34,279 bases of DNA from Asterionella formosa (lineage: Eukaryota). Positions 10,792 through 22,297 of this stretch are shown piece after piece. How positions within the stretch are numbered: position 1 is the first letter of the stretch; every line of letters starts with the position of its first letter. The stretch is from NCBI GenBank assembly GCA_002256025.1, contig NKIB01000255.1, forward strand, positions 1 to 34,279. Reading direction: 5' to 3'. The position numbers and the translations under genes were made by a program. Below the pieces are notes generated by a model. That model was not told where the DNA came from. It did no database searches and worked only from the letters and a program-made list of their open reading frames with translations.

Positions 10792-13489
10792 GTCGTATTC
10801 AAGGGCTACACATTTCTTGAAAGAATGATTGATAAGATATCAGTGTGGATAACATCAACAAATGACATTTCTCAGTTCAATCTATGTGACTCGGAAAATG
10901 CCATAGAATTATACAAATGCAGGTTTGAAAGCAGTATGTTGCTGTTCCATTTGACATTTCTGTTCACTAGTTATTCTACCTAATTGACAAGCTGCGCAAA
11001 ATTACTGTTGTCAAGGAATGGATTAAGTAACACAAAGCCATATCAAATCACAAATTCCATATTCATAACCAATTAATTTGTGTTTTGTAATTTGCAACGC
11101 AAACTCAGAACACATCTTGAAACACTAATTTATGCAACTATACCAACATATGACAAAATCTAGGATGAGTTAGGTTAGGGTTAACAGTATTCCATCAATG
11201 TACACATCGTCAATATTATACAGAGAAACTGTTTCTGTTGAAGAAATATTTGAACTAGTGTTAATGGAGATGAAAACCTACAATTAATAAGATTGGATGG
11301 AATATTTGGAAAGGTGAATGCTCTATGCAATTAACTACTATTCACAGGTATGTCGTTGCCATTGGAGTTGCCAACAATGTAAGTAAAACCTATAAGTGTT
11401 ATAAGGAAAAAGAATGATTGAATGATCAAGCAACACCATATCATTATAACTTGATTATCTGTATGAAAGTTTGGACAAAAGATCCAAGATCTAAGTGATC
11501 TGAAATAAGTGGAGTTGAATCTATTGTAAATCGATTTCTAGGTTAATAAGCTCATGATAAATAAGTAAGCAAAATGTTGCGTTCGACATTTGACTTGTTC
11601 TACAAACAAGACTATAGCATGTATCGTTTACGAACGTGTAATGCTACTGGTGTAAGGAATTTAACAAGTATAGTATACATCATATGTGACAACATAATGC
11701 TTCCAGGAAATTTTCCAATCATGTCTGCCTTCACCAGAAAAACCAAATTTACTGGAAGAAAAAATATATATAGCTAAACACCAATCATCCTCTAATCCAT
11801 CATTGTTATTCGATTATGACGATGTTGTCCATACCAATACTAGTATTGAAAGGGTACATTCTTCTGCATTGGGTCAACAAGTGTTGGCACTATTCTTATT
11901 GGTACATGTGCCCCCCTCCTTCCTGTAAATACACAACATGATATTAACAATGATGATGATTTGAGGATGACGGATATACAATCAGTTGCTAGACAAAGAA
12001 TCAGCACAACAAATACCACTTATATCACTTTTGTAGAGTCAGACTTGTTTGACTGAAAAAGAAAAGAAGTTCTGGAATGCTTGGGACTGCCGCCCAAGAT
12101 CCCGCCCATTACATCAAGACACCACACCAGATGTACACAAAACGAAATTTTCTGGTCAATCTCAAAAAACTCTTAATATCAATTCTTGGGCCTGATGCAC
12201 TTCATATCGAGATACCCACCTACTACTTTGGCCAGCAGCGTTACTAGGCATAGGAATGACAAGCTAACCAGCAACCAAGTGCCATCATCTAACATGTCAT
12301 CCAAAATATGATTTTCGAGGACTTCACCCACATGTGGGCGAGCTAGCTAGCTACTCCCCAGTCAATAATTACAAAAGAAACCTCACCAGCTGGTTCCTTG
12401 TCTCATTTGAGACTTTCCCATCCACCAGAAACACATTCCCGCTCTCTAGAAAGTCTAGTTCTCGAAAATTTCAACTTTCCTTAAATGGAAAGTAATTGAA
12501 GTCCTCAAAACAAGCTGAGACTGTGATTGGTGGTCTTGTAAAGACCACACAATGTTTTGATACAATGTTGTCAAAAATGCACTGGTTTGCGAGTTTGATT
12601 GATGTCCTATTACCACTAGAAAAAGAATACAAAGGAATGCCCATGTGACAAGCAATGATGATGGGGGTGATAATGATGTGCTGTCTGAGACCACCAGCAA
12701 TGACACTCGAATTAGGCCATGATTTGAGGGTGCTACATCAAGAAGGAAAGCCACAACAGGGTGATGCACCTCTTTGTCAACAATTATGCTTTGTGATTTA
12801 ATGTGAGTAAGCAGGGAAAATTTTTTTGGCTTAAAAGAAAGAATTAAATTGGTGTTTCCTTGTTTGATAAAGGCACTGTTTCTAAGTTAATTTGTGACAC
12901 CCAACTCCACCAAGCATTGGCCGCTTGAAGCATCTGCTCTTGCAAAATGATTTCTGTGCCCTCGTTCATCATGAGCAAGGATCATCATGGTTCTAGCATG
13001 TTTAAGCAATATCAATGGAAGGAAAATGCTATAAAAGAAAGCCAAATATAATTTCGAACAACAAGCCGGCCAGGTTGGTGGATATAATTAATATCAACAA
13101 GATACATACATGTCAATTTGGTACTGGATTTACTTTTTATAGCAGGCATGCGAGTAAAGTAGTGTACTAGACAAAGTCAATACCAACGACTAGCTGGTTC
13201 AGATGATGAATGACCAATATTTCTTTAATCCCTATGTAGCTCGAGCCATGGGTTCTAATGTAGGAGCCTTAACAACAAAGGAGGTCCTGTACTTTAGGAG
13301 TATGATTCTTCCTCAGATTTCTTCACAGTATTTAGATACAAACCATCTTTTACCCGACCTTCATCAGTGAGCTACCGGTACCAGCAAGTTGCGGTATTTT
13401 TGCTGAACTAAGGATTTAGCTGTCTTTATCCGAAATTTAATTGTTTATTTAAGCAAAAAATGACCGAATCGGGTTTTTGTACAAGCAAG

Positions 13490-13773
13490 TCGCAATCATT
13501 TTCCTGAAACGGACAACCTGTTACCGGACAACGACATATTTTATCATTATACAGAAAATCTTCTATTCATAGCACGATTCAGCGAAATAATGAGAACACA
13601 CAGTTTAGAACTATGACTTTCAGGAAATTCCTATGAATTTCAGGAAAGGACTATGACTCTCAGGAAACGTAAGGAAATGCGTAAGGAAATTTCAGGAAAT
13701 GCATGGAATTTCCTTAAGTCTCCAAAATTAGGCTTTTCTGGCCGAAGTGAAAAACCGCATATCCTTCGTCCTG
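13490..13773 (-). repeat. Left arm of a ~300-bp inverted repeat (partner 15579-15952), rich in CAGGAAAT-type subrepeats
   Basis: The reverse complement starts CAGGACGAAGGATATGCGGTTTTTCACTTCGGCCAGAAAAGCCTAATTTTGGAGAC, matching the sequence from 15579. Confidence 0.85.
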
Positions 13774-14158
13774 TGTTTAAAGAACCGTACAAGATTCCCT
13801 ACCGGTAATTGTTAGGATCATTTGAAATACCGGTTGGTGTTCCTAACTACTAATTTATAGCTACAAGAAGGTATATAAATATAGCTACAAGGTATATACC
13901 GGTATATGTTGTCTGTAAGTCTGTTTGCATAGCATTTTACACTGGTACCATTATCGTACATCAAGCAGAGTTTGCAAGTAAATTAGACCAGTAATTTTTG
14001 AAACGTCGATACAAATTCTATTTTGTGATTCTCAACATCTCGATTCCAGCCAGATTTCCCTTGCCTGTGATATCATTGCTACCACAATCGTTCTTCATCT
14101 TTCTGCCCCTGAATTTTGAAGCTGAATGAAAGTCTGTAAAATTGTTTTCTTACACGTT

Positions 14159-14660
14159 CTATTTATCCTTGACCAACCAATATGCGGTCTCCCGGCGACT
14201 ACGCACTTCTTGGTGTATGTGCTTTCCAAGTACATCAAGAGGAAAAAATCTGTACTCATTTCTGGTATCACGAAGCTTGCATGGCACCATTCGTTTGTGC
14301 ATTCCATCATTTACATCAAGCTTCAGAAGCCTTTGAGATTCTGAACCATCCCAACGAGGATAAGGCAGAACCGCTGTAACCCTGCTGTTGATGACAGGAG
14401 GACACAATTTCCTATCATGAATAACTGCAGCATTGTTGACGCTGGCTTTGTCCTTGAGATTGTTGCAGGTTTTACGTAAACTGCTGTTCAGGTTTGCCTG
14501 AACTTTGTGTACTCCACTTCCTTGTAGTATTCATCCCTCATTTTGTAGATTTCATTTGGTCCCATTTTGGGATGAATCAATCCTGTACAAACGTCCTTTG
14601 TAAGCAGCTCCTTTGCTATATCCCATGATACTACATGCTTCATTTTTGTTTTTGGCAAAA
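14159..14660 (-). pseudogene. Frameshifted remnant of a protein with a tandemly duplicated helical domain, probably transposon-associated
   Basis: Across frames it reads WDIAKELLTKDVCTGLIHPKMGPNEIYKMRDEY..EVEYTKF, then RWDGSESQRLLKLDVNDGMHKRMVPCKLRDTRNEYRFFPLDVLGKHIHQE. Both follow the pattern W..(x)LL..D...G....M.P......R.EY. Confidence 0.6.
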
Positions 14661-15578
14661 GGTAGTAATATTCAAATTATAAGTTAGGAGATAGCTTGAA
14701 GCTAGTTTTCCTTACCTTGCCATGCATTTATCTCGATTGAAAGTGAACAATGAAAAGATCTTATGCTTCCATTAGAGAATCAAATCTCTCTATAAGTTAT
14801 CAGATAGCTATCAAGTGTCATGCTTCCATGAGCAAATCAACTCTTTAAGCCAGCCAAAAATGACTACTATGAAACTGACAAAATTTCAAAACCATAACCG
14901 AATCAAATATCTCATCCAGCCTGAAATATGAAACCGACAAACAATCAAAAGAAATGCATTTGAATTCGAAAGTAGTAGCAAGAAACCGGCAGGACAAGGG
15001 AAACCATCATAAAATGATTCTTCCTGACCTTAAAAACGACATCAAAAAAACTTCTCATCATTCAGCAACTTCAGACACATCGTCAGCAAGAGATTTTCAG
15101 TTGCCGGAAATCACCGAAAGTGCGCTTGTGACACTTCTGTTCTCCCCCAACAGACACACAAAGTTTGCCTAAGTCTGCAACTCTGATTTTTCTTTGTACA
15201 GCAAACACTGTTCACATTTTCGAAGCAAGGTCCAGAACCGATGTGATCACCTGAGGAAATTGCAGCGGACAAATAATCCTTTCTTTGCCAACTATTGTGC
15301 TTCACTAGGTATTGTCTGTCACACCCAATAGTCTACGCCACTAGAATCAATGGCACCATCATTGTCACCTCCACCATTGCCATCACCTTCTAGTACTACT
15401 CCAATCATGTTGACAACAACTTCGAAAGTTCGCCCCTTGCCAACATATACTTCTGCTCACAATAACGAAGGGTTCACTCTAAACCTCAAGTTCCCACCCG
15501 AGAGAAATCCAAATGGAATTCTGGCTCTCCATGCTGCCAATGACATTGAGTTCTGTTAAGTACCTGGTAGGTTAAATC

Positions 15579-15952
15579 CAGAACAAAGGATATGCTTTTT
15601 TCACTTTGGCCAGAAAATCCTAATTTTGGAGACTTCAGAATTATCACTTTGACCAGATAAGAATAATTTTGGAAACTCCAGGAAATTTCATGCATTTCCT
15701 GACATTTCCTTATGTTTCCTGAAAGTCATAGTCATTTCCTGAAATTCATAGGAATTTCCAGAAAGTCATAATGCGTTCCTGAAAGACATGGATAGTCATA
15801 TGATGTGTGTTCTCGTTTTTGCAATTACAAGAATTCCGCAATTTATTTCGCTGAGTCGTGCTAAGAATAGAAGATGTTCTTTATATGTCATTTATAATAA
15901 AATGTGTTGCTGTCCTGAAACACGTTGTCCTGACCTTTTCATGAAAATGACC
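15579..15952 (+). repeat. Right arm of the inverted repeat (partner 13490-13773)
   Basis: Begins CAGAACAAAGGATATGCTTTTTTCACTTTGGCCAGAAAATCCTAATTTTGGAGAC, contains TTTCCTGAAA subrepeats, and includes ATTTCGCTGAGTCGTGCTAAGAATAGAAGAT, which is inverted relative to ~13557-13590. Confidence 0.85.
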
Positions 15953-17124
15953 TTTGCAAGTTGCAGTAATTTTGCTGAACTAAGGATTTAGCTCTCTTTA
16001 TCCAATATCGAATTGTTTTTTTAAGCAAAATGACCACATCGGGTTGTTGGACCAGCAAGTTGCGGTCATTTTCATGAAAAGGTCAGGACAGCAACACATT
16101 TTATTTTACAGAAAGATTTAGCTATCTTTATCCCAAATTAAAATGTTAGTTTAAGCAAAAGGACCGTAACTTGCTGGTAATGGTATTCGGCGTACATATG
16201 TATTGAACCGGTAATCTTGCACGACCTGTACCTGGTACCTGGTACCAGGTACCACCTCGCGGCTACTATGCCTTTTCAATGCCTCTTGTTTATTCACGTG
16301 TAGGGGCCAATATATGTCTGTATGCAAATTCATACCCGTTTATGTAAATTGAAGAATGGACTTCATTCCGATTCAAGGTGTCGGGACTGGTTGTGGGATC
16401 ACAAATTCCCGTAAAATTGTTACGGGGGCTGTCCTAGCTGTGATTCAACATTTTTGGGGATCTGATTGGCTTAATGACAAAACAATTTCCGATATGAAAA
16501 TGGAACCAAGATGACGAGACAAAATTCGTGGCATGCGGTAGTTAATATTCCGCCGTTTCGGTGTGTCGCGAAAGTGGACGTAAAGAATAGAAGTGCTAGT
16601 CTATACGATCACCTCGGGAACCCTCACTCCTGAAACAAATAACCACACGAATTCGGAGATGCATGACGTGAAGAATAAATTGAATGCCTAATTGTTACAG
16701 TACATAGCACAAATATAGCACCAGGTCGACCTCGTAAAATCAACATTCTGCTGTCCATCCCGAAACGATGATGGGATGATACTAGAATGACCCGAGCCAG
16801 CCTGCCAGAATCAACATGAGGATCTGTTCCTAGTTTGGAATGACCATTGTTGACGGCGGTGGTTTCTCCGAATCAGTTGTTGCACTTTCGAAGTTACAAG
16901 TACTACAGTATAGTAATCGTTCGAACACAAATAACCGGTTGTTCGCTCTCCCTCGAGTAATATCCATACAGTCCCTGGTACCAGTGTTCTGTACTGTAAA
17001 TGTGTGTATAGTGGTACTGTTACCGGTAGTCATTAGGCCTCACACTTTGCAATCTCATAAAATAAAACCAGAAGTAATTGAATCGTCGTTACTCTAGCTG
17101 AACGAAATAAATCTTCACACTACC

Positions 17125-17805
17125 ATGCCAATTATCCTTCCCCGCAGCGACTTCAATCTCCTTCGTAAGGACAGTGCTTGCTCAGCTTCTGAGATTGATT
17201 CTAGTGTATCCAAGTCTACGAGCAGCCAAGCTCTACCTGTGCAGGGGCTTGCACCTCCGGCTCGTCGTGTAGTCTTCAACACGGATGTTTATGTGCAAGA
17301 AACTATCCACATCAACGACTATACTGACAGCGAATTTGATGCTACTTGGCACACAAGGCAAGATCTTAAGGACCAGAAGGCTGAGTTTGCCGTCACTGTC
17401 CGCATGATTGTCGACGGCAGGTACTTTGGCGATGATGAATTCCATTGCGCACGTGGACTCGAATTTCGTCACCGCGAGGGTGCGAAGGAGCGCCAATCGA
17501 ACAAGCTGAAGGGTCTCATGAGTGTTTTGGTAGAACAAGAGCGCCAACAAATCGTCGGCGAAGAGAATGATGAGAAGATCGCTCAGGTCTTCATCAACGC
17601 CAACTTCCATTGCAGACATGCAGCGCATCAAATGGGACTTCATGACGAAGAGGCTGCTTTCGGAACTCTTTGCGATGACTTCTCACTGAGCTCACGTTCG
17701 TCATCAGTCTGCTCAGAGAGAAATAATAGCAAGGACATTCCAGCATCAAGTAAGAATGGTGATAAGTCTGGCCTGCGACGCTTTTTTGGTCGGATCAAGA
17801 AGTAG
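17125..17805 (+). CDS. Uncharacterised diatom-type protein (RVxF-like / CxRGLE family), paralogue B, 226 aa
   Basis: Intact ORF with a good start context (ACCATG). Core RRVVFNTDVYVQETIHINDYTDSE...W...CARGLEFRHREGA...VLVEQERQ, clearly homologous to 9474-10217. Confidence 0.88.
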   Translation: MPIILPRSDFNLLRKDSACSASEIDSSVSKSTSSQALPVQGLAPPARRVVFNTDVYVQETIHINDYTDSEFDATWHTRQDLKDQKAEFAVTVRMIVDGRYFGDDEFHCARGLEFRHREGAKERQSNKLKGLMSVLVEQERQQIVGEENDEKIAQVFINANFHCRHAAHQMGLHDEEAAFGTLCDDFSLSSRSSSVCSERNNSKDIPASSKNGDKSGLRRFFGRIKK

Positions 17806-18832
17806 TCAGCTATTTTACTCCATGTATATATTCGTTCATCATTTTGTATCATAGAGCACCTCAATGATAACTATATCACTGTAAATTTTCTTAAAACCAA
17901 AATTGCTTGTACCTGATTTGTTATGAACGAACAGCTGTTTCTACTCATGTTTCTTATAATGAAATGAGAAGAAGGGGTGGAGAAGCCATACCAAACTATC
18001 AACGAATCCTTAAACTGGCTTCAGACTCCTATGGATACCGGTATTCTGATGAATTTATGGCATCGTTTGTTTTCCTTTAAGGACATGGTATAAGACATTT
18101 CGCAAATAGCTTTCGTCGCGACCAGGTAGACTGTACCAAGCGGTATGTGGAGCGATGCATTATTGTTATGCATGGTTTGAGTCGAACATAGAAACGCCTT
18201 GCACTCTTCTGGGTAAAAACTCAATTACCACTGGTATTTAGAAAGGGATTGTCGCTTGAGTATAAAAAAAGTCTGTCAAAAATGAACATTTGGAGTTCGA
18301 CTTGTTTCGCGTGTATGTCTACCAGTACCTGGTAGTATCAGGTACAGCGCTCGCCAGGCAATGGCCACATCGCGTCCGTCCTTGTCCGTAAAAATATGTC
18401 AGGGAAGATCCGATCCCGATAAGAATTGGAAAGATCTCATTTTTGGCTTTGACGGGTGAGCGAGGCCATGATCGATTTCCTATTTTCGCCGACCAGTTGT
18501 TTTTTTCGTTGTCGTATTTATTTGTTTTACTCTTCTCTTCGCCTAGTGTGATAGCGACATAATTGAAGTGAGGGTTCAAATCTCCAAGAAATGGCTGATT
18601 TCGTCGGAGATTCGTTTTGTTTTAATTGATTTGAGTGCGGGGTCGGCAAAGTCAGTTGCCTCGAGATACAGTAGTGCCTTATTAATGCTTGGTGTTGCCA
18701 TATATGTCGTCGTAACCTCATTATCCATGATATCAATGTTTGATTTCTGGTGAGCGGTTGCAGATTTGCTCACTTAGCCTTGAAACATTGCACCAATACC
18801 GTACTTGCCTAGGTCTACTATCTACATCAATC

Positions 18833-19855
18833 ATGGGATTTCTCTTGAACAGACTGAAGGCTCGCTTCGAGGAGAAGAAGAATGACGTTTTACCAGGTAC
18901 AATTATCATGATTTCCGGATGCGAAGATGATCAAACTTCTGCGGATGTCTCCGACGTCGCTTCCTTCAAGCTCCCCGACCCCGCTGGACGTGCTGGGGGG
19001 GCTTGCACCGCGACTCTCTTGCAGGTTTGCTATGCTGACCATCGAAAACGTGATGTTGACTTGAGCTTTTCCGAAGTTTTGATGGAAATGAGAGGAGTTT
19101 TGGAGGGGAACGGGTACGCGCAGATTCCTCAGTTGAGCTCCAGCAAGCCTATGGATGTCGACGCCACGTTTGATCTTGTCCCTGAAGAGTCTACTGGAAC
19201 ACGCCGCGCACTTTTGATTGGAATCAACTACATTGGCCATGATTCTGGAGTTTTGTCCGGTTGCCACAATGATGTCTTGAATATGGTTGAGTACATCAAA
19301 AATGTTCATGGATTTTCCGAGGAGAACATAACGATTCTCCTAGACGACGAGAGTGGAGATTTCCAGCGGCCTACTAAAGTGAACATGCTTGCTGCCTACG
19401 CCAAGATTGTCGCTGAGAGCGAAAGTGGTGATGCTATATTTTGCCACTATTCTGGTGAGTCATTGATTCATTGGGGTTGTTTTATGTAGAGCAAACAATA
19501 TGCTTAACGTTTCTCTCTTATTGAAGGCCATGGTACCAAAATTAGGGATGACGACAGTGGAGAGGAAGGTGATGGGTATGACGAGGCTCTTGTCCCTGTC
19601 GACTACAATGAAGGAGCAGGTGTCCTCCGCGATGATGAGCTTTATGATGTCTTGATTCGTCCTCTGCCTCAAGGCACTACCATGACCTGTGTGATGGATT
19701 GTTGCCACTCTGGAACTATTCTCGACTTGCCTTATGTGTTTAAACCAAACGGATTGTTTGAACACGGCATGGAGATTGACGAAAATTTCAATTTTGGGAA
19801 ACTTTTTAAGAAGGTTGGCTTAGGGGTTGATGGCCTCTTCGATGGAGATGAGTAA
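18833..19855 (+). CDS. Type III metacaspase (p10 domain N-terminal to p20), 2 exons (18833-19454, 19527-19855), ~316 aa
   Basis: p10 motifs MISGCEDDQTSADV, AGGACT and QIPQLSSS precede p20 motifs RRALLIGINY, LSGCHNDV, HYSG|HG (catalytic His, formed by splicing), DEALVPVD and DCCHSG (catalytic Cys). Confidence 0.93.
19455..19526 (+). other. Spliceosomal intron of the metacaspase gene (72 nt)
   Basis: Donor G|GTGAGT, branch-like CTTAAC and acceptor AAG. Removal gives YSGHG and an open frame to the TAA ending at 19855. Confidence 0.9.
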
Positions 19856-19906
19856 AGAGGATCGAGGGCCTTAGTAGTAGGAAGATGTGATTATATTTGG
19901 TTTTAA

Positions 19907-22297
19907 TTAATCAGTTACAACGTTTCTAGTCCACGACGAAGGCATCATGCCGTTATTTTCTATTCCTTTCAGCAATGGCGAGTTCGGGAAAGCACGCCGA
20001 AAGATATATAATACAGATGGTTGCATTTGACCATCCTCACATATTGTTTTGAAGGCGTCAGACATGGCATTTTCCTTGCCTTCGTGACTAGACGGCAAAT
20101 TGTAGCACGCATCCAGCAACGCACCATAGATAGCAGCGTCACTGTCGTTGCTTGCATGACTGTGACGAATCAATTGAAAAGTCGAGACAGCCAACGCCAG
20201 AGCTTCTTGGCGAGCTGCCTCTTCACCGATTTCCTTTGAACATACATTGATTACAGAGCTTAAGATGATCCGATTTGGAACCACGCTAAATTGCTGCTCA
20301 AACGTATTGAGCAACACCCTGGTACGTTCTGCTTTGTTGCTATTCGAGCTGTTGGCTAGGGCCGACAGGATTGCGGTCAGTGTGGTTTCTTGAGGCTTGC
20401 AAAGGTACTCGCCACCGATAAACCGATTGACCTGGTCCTCAAACAAACGCATGGAAGCTTCAAAGCATTCGTCACTTCGTCCTGACCGCGCCCATGAAAG
20501 GATGATGGTGTTGAAATTTTCAGCAGAAGGTCTACATTGATGTCCGATGTCCATAGTATCCATTAATCGGAGTAATTCTTCTGCCCCAACAGGGCCTCGT
20601 TGCTTTACTCGAATACTTAGTAAAGAGTTGAAGATGACTCGGTTGGGTTCAACTCCTTGATCTAGCATACGCTGGAGAACGACATTTGCTCGATTGTCTG
20701 TGTCTCTCAATCCACTTTGGGCCAAGCCGTCCAAGACAACGCCAAAAGTAACTTGATCAGGCGTGGCCGATTTCTGCTGAGAACGTTCCATTCTCGTAAG
20801 CAAATTTTCGACACGATCAAAATAACCTGGTTTCCCTTCTTGGATCCAAGCCTTCATCAAACATGTGTAAGTCACCTTGTCGGGAGTAAGCCCGGGATAC
20901 ATCTCCGACATCTCCAACATTCGATGGAACAATTCTTCAGTGTACATAGAATCCTTCGTCGTCTTAATAAAAGCATCCATGACCATATTATAGCCCCAAT
21001 TATTTAAATCCTTTCCAAAGAGAGGCTCGAGGCGATCCAGCAGTTTCCTGGCATAGTGGCAACTTTTCAAAGTACCTTGCTTGCAATAGGCATCCACTAA
21101 CGTCATATAGGCTCGATAAGTTGGTCGACATGATGCAATACCGTCTCGATATAATTCTTCCATTTTCTGAAATACTTCCTCTGTTCTATTTGGTTGCCCG
21201 GTCTTGGCGTACATATTCATGACAGTCATGAAATGTCGCGCATTTGGCTCAAACAACTTGTTTCGGTTCGAATCAAGGTACATTTGAACTAGATTGTTTA
21301 GCATGTTTTCGCAAGATTCGGGAGATACGGCCATGGACATAGCTACTCCTGTTACGGTCTTGTTGGGAGCTTGCATTTCCTGGCGTTGAGCTTGGTAGTT
21401 CTCTTTGACGGCGTCCAGCAAGGCTTCCACCCTAAATCTTGCATCAGGCAAGTCTGAATTCTTCCAAGCCTGCATGATTGCCGAATATGAATAACTGTCA
21501 GGCTCTATTTGCAATTGATCCTTCATTTTTTTAAGATAAGCTACGGCTTCCTCGGCTTGACCGTTCCTAGCAAACGCATTCAAGACACCATTGTGAATTC
21601 TTGTTGCAGACAGAGTCGATGGTCGACTCATGTTATTTGGTATGCGACCCAACCAGTGGATGGCTTTTTCGGCATCTCCAGACCTTCCAAAAGCATCAAT
21701 CAAACTAACATATGTTGCATAATTGGGCGCAAATTCTGCATGATCACGTTGTATCATGCGCTCCACCAACTCTTCCGCCCTTGTAGAATTTCCCAACTTG
21801 CCCCATGCTTGAATGGCTGTATTGACGATCAGCGGCATTGTCCACATGTTACCAGGCATTTGAGGACCTTTTCGGTTCGAAATATTAGGAGGTACATCGT
21901 CCCAGTCTAGAGCCGTGCGAGCAAGGTCATGTATTTGGTAGGCGACCTTTCCATTGAGGATTTCTGGTGTGAGCTGGGGCAACAATCGAGACCACTGCTG
22001 CTGATTATCAATGAGATCCTTGGGACTCTTTTGAAGGGAGCGAAGAAATGCTGTGGATTTCTCAATTTGCTTCTGTAGCATATCATTAAAATCTCGATTC
22101 ATTAGAGTCAAGCGAGTACTTACACATTCTTTTTGGGATTTTTGTTTGTGTCCTGTGGCACCAGCTGGTCTAGTTCGCGCACGAGCTTGGCCGTGTTCAT
22201 GCTGTCTCTGCCTTTCCGAGCATATCTTAAGATCAGATATCGATGTCAAGGAGCGTCTCGATACTCCCTGAGGGCCTTTATTTACGAAAGTCCACAT
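19907..22297 (-). CDS. Pentatricopeptide repeat (PPR) protein, 796 aa, probably organellar
   Basis: Many ~35-aa PPR motifs, e.g. PNYATYVSLIDAFGRSG, PDSYSYSAIMQAW, PDKVTYTCLMKAW, PDQVTFGVVLDGLAQSG, PNRVIFNSLL and PSAENFNTIILSWARSG. The Arg/Ser-containing N-terminus (VSRRSLTS) resembles a mitochondrial presequence. Confidence 0.93.
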   Translation of the reverse strand: MWTFVNKGPQGVSRRSLTSISDLKICSERQRQHEHGQARARTRPAGATGHKQKSQKECVSTRLTLMNRDFNDMLQKQIEKSTAFLRSLQKSPKDLIDNQQQWSRLLPQLTPEILNGKVAYQIHDLARTALDWDDVPPNISNRKGPQMPGNMWTMPLIVNTAIQAWGKLGNSTRAEELVERMIQRDHAEFAPNYATYVSLIDAFGRSGDAEKAIHWLGRIPNNMSRPSTLSATRIHNGVLNAFARNGQAEEAVAYLKKMKDQLQIEPDSYSYSAIMQAWKNSDLPDARFRVEALLDAVKENYQAQRQEMQAPNKTVTGVAMSMAVSPESCENMLNNLVQMYLDSNRNKLFEPNARHFMTVMNMYAKTGQPNRTEEVFQKMEELYRDGIASCRPTYRAYMTLVDAYCKQGTLKSCHYARKLLDRLEPLFGKDLNNWGYNMVMDAFIKTTKDSMYTEELFHRMLEMSEMYPGLTPDKVTYTCLMKAWIQEGKPGYFDRVENLLTRMERSQQKSATPDQVTFGVVLDGLAQSGLRDTDNRANVVLQRMLDQGVEPNRVIFNSLLSIRVKQRGPVGAEELLRLMDTMDIGHQCRPSAENFNTIILSWARSGRSDECFEASMRLFEDQVNRFIGGEYLCKPQETTLTAILSALANSSNSNKAERTRVLLNTFEQQFSVVPNRIILSSVINVCSKEIGEEAARQEALALAVSTFQLIRHSHASNDSDAAIYGALLDACYNLPSSHEGKENAMSDAFKTICEDGQMQPSVLYIFRRAFPNSPLLKGIENNGMMPSSWTRNVVTD

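Larger units (their letters stand above)
13381..16177. mobile_element. Non-autonomous or composite TIR element, TA-flanked, termini CCAGCAAGTT...AACTTGCTGG (Tc1/mariner-like ends)
   Basis: Left end TA|CCAGCAAGTTGCGGTATTTTTGCTGAACTAA. The right end reverse-complements to CCAGCAAGTTACGGTCCTTTTGCTTAAACTAA and is followed by TA. Long inverted arms lie inside. It could instead be two separate back-to-back elements. Confidence 0.5.

Noticed and set aside
11163..11184. TTAGGTTAGGGTTA telomere-like motif
   Set aside because: Only about two units, too short to call an interstitial telomere.
11800..13000. Possible decayed coding sequence on the minus strand
   Set aside because: Composition hints at an old TE ORF, but I found no identifiable motif. 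It needs TBLASTX/HMM searches.
15350..15559. Pro/Ser/Thr-rich 69-aa ORF inside the foldback structure
   Set aside because: Low complexity and short, with no family recognised. It may be a truncated fragment but cannot be supported.
16660..16670. TGACGT (aureochrome/bZIP-type site) upstream of paralogue B, also near 9462 and 27732
   Set aside because: A hexamer is expected by chance every few kb, so there is no evidence of enrichment.
17233..21910. Antisense ORFs overlapping paralogue B, the metacaspase and the PPR gene
   Set aside because: Shadow ORFs of real genes on the opposite strand, with no motifs.
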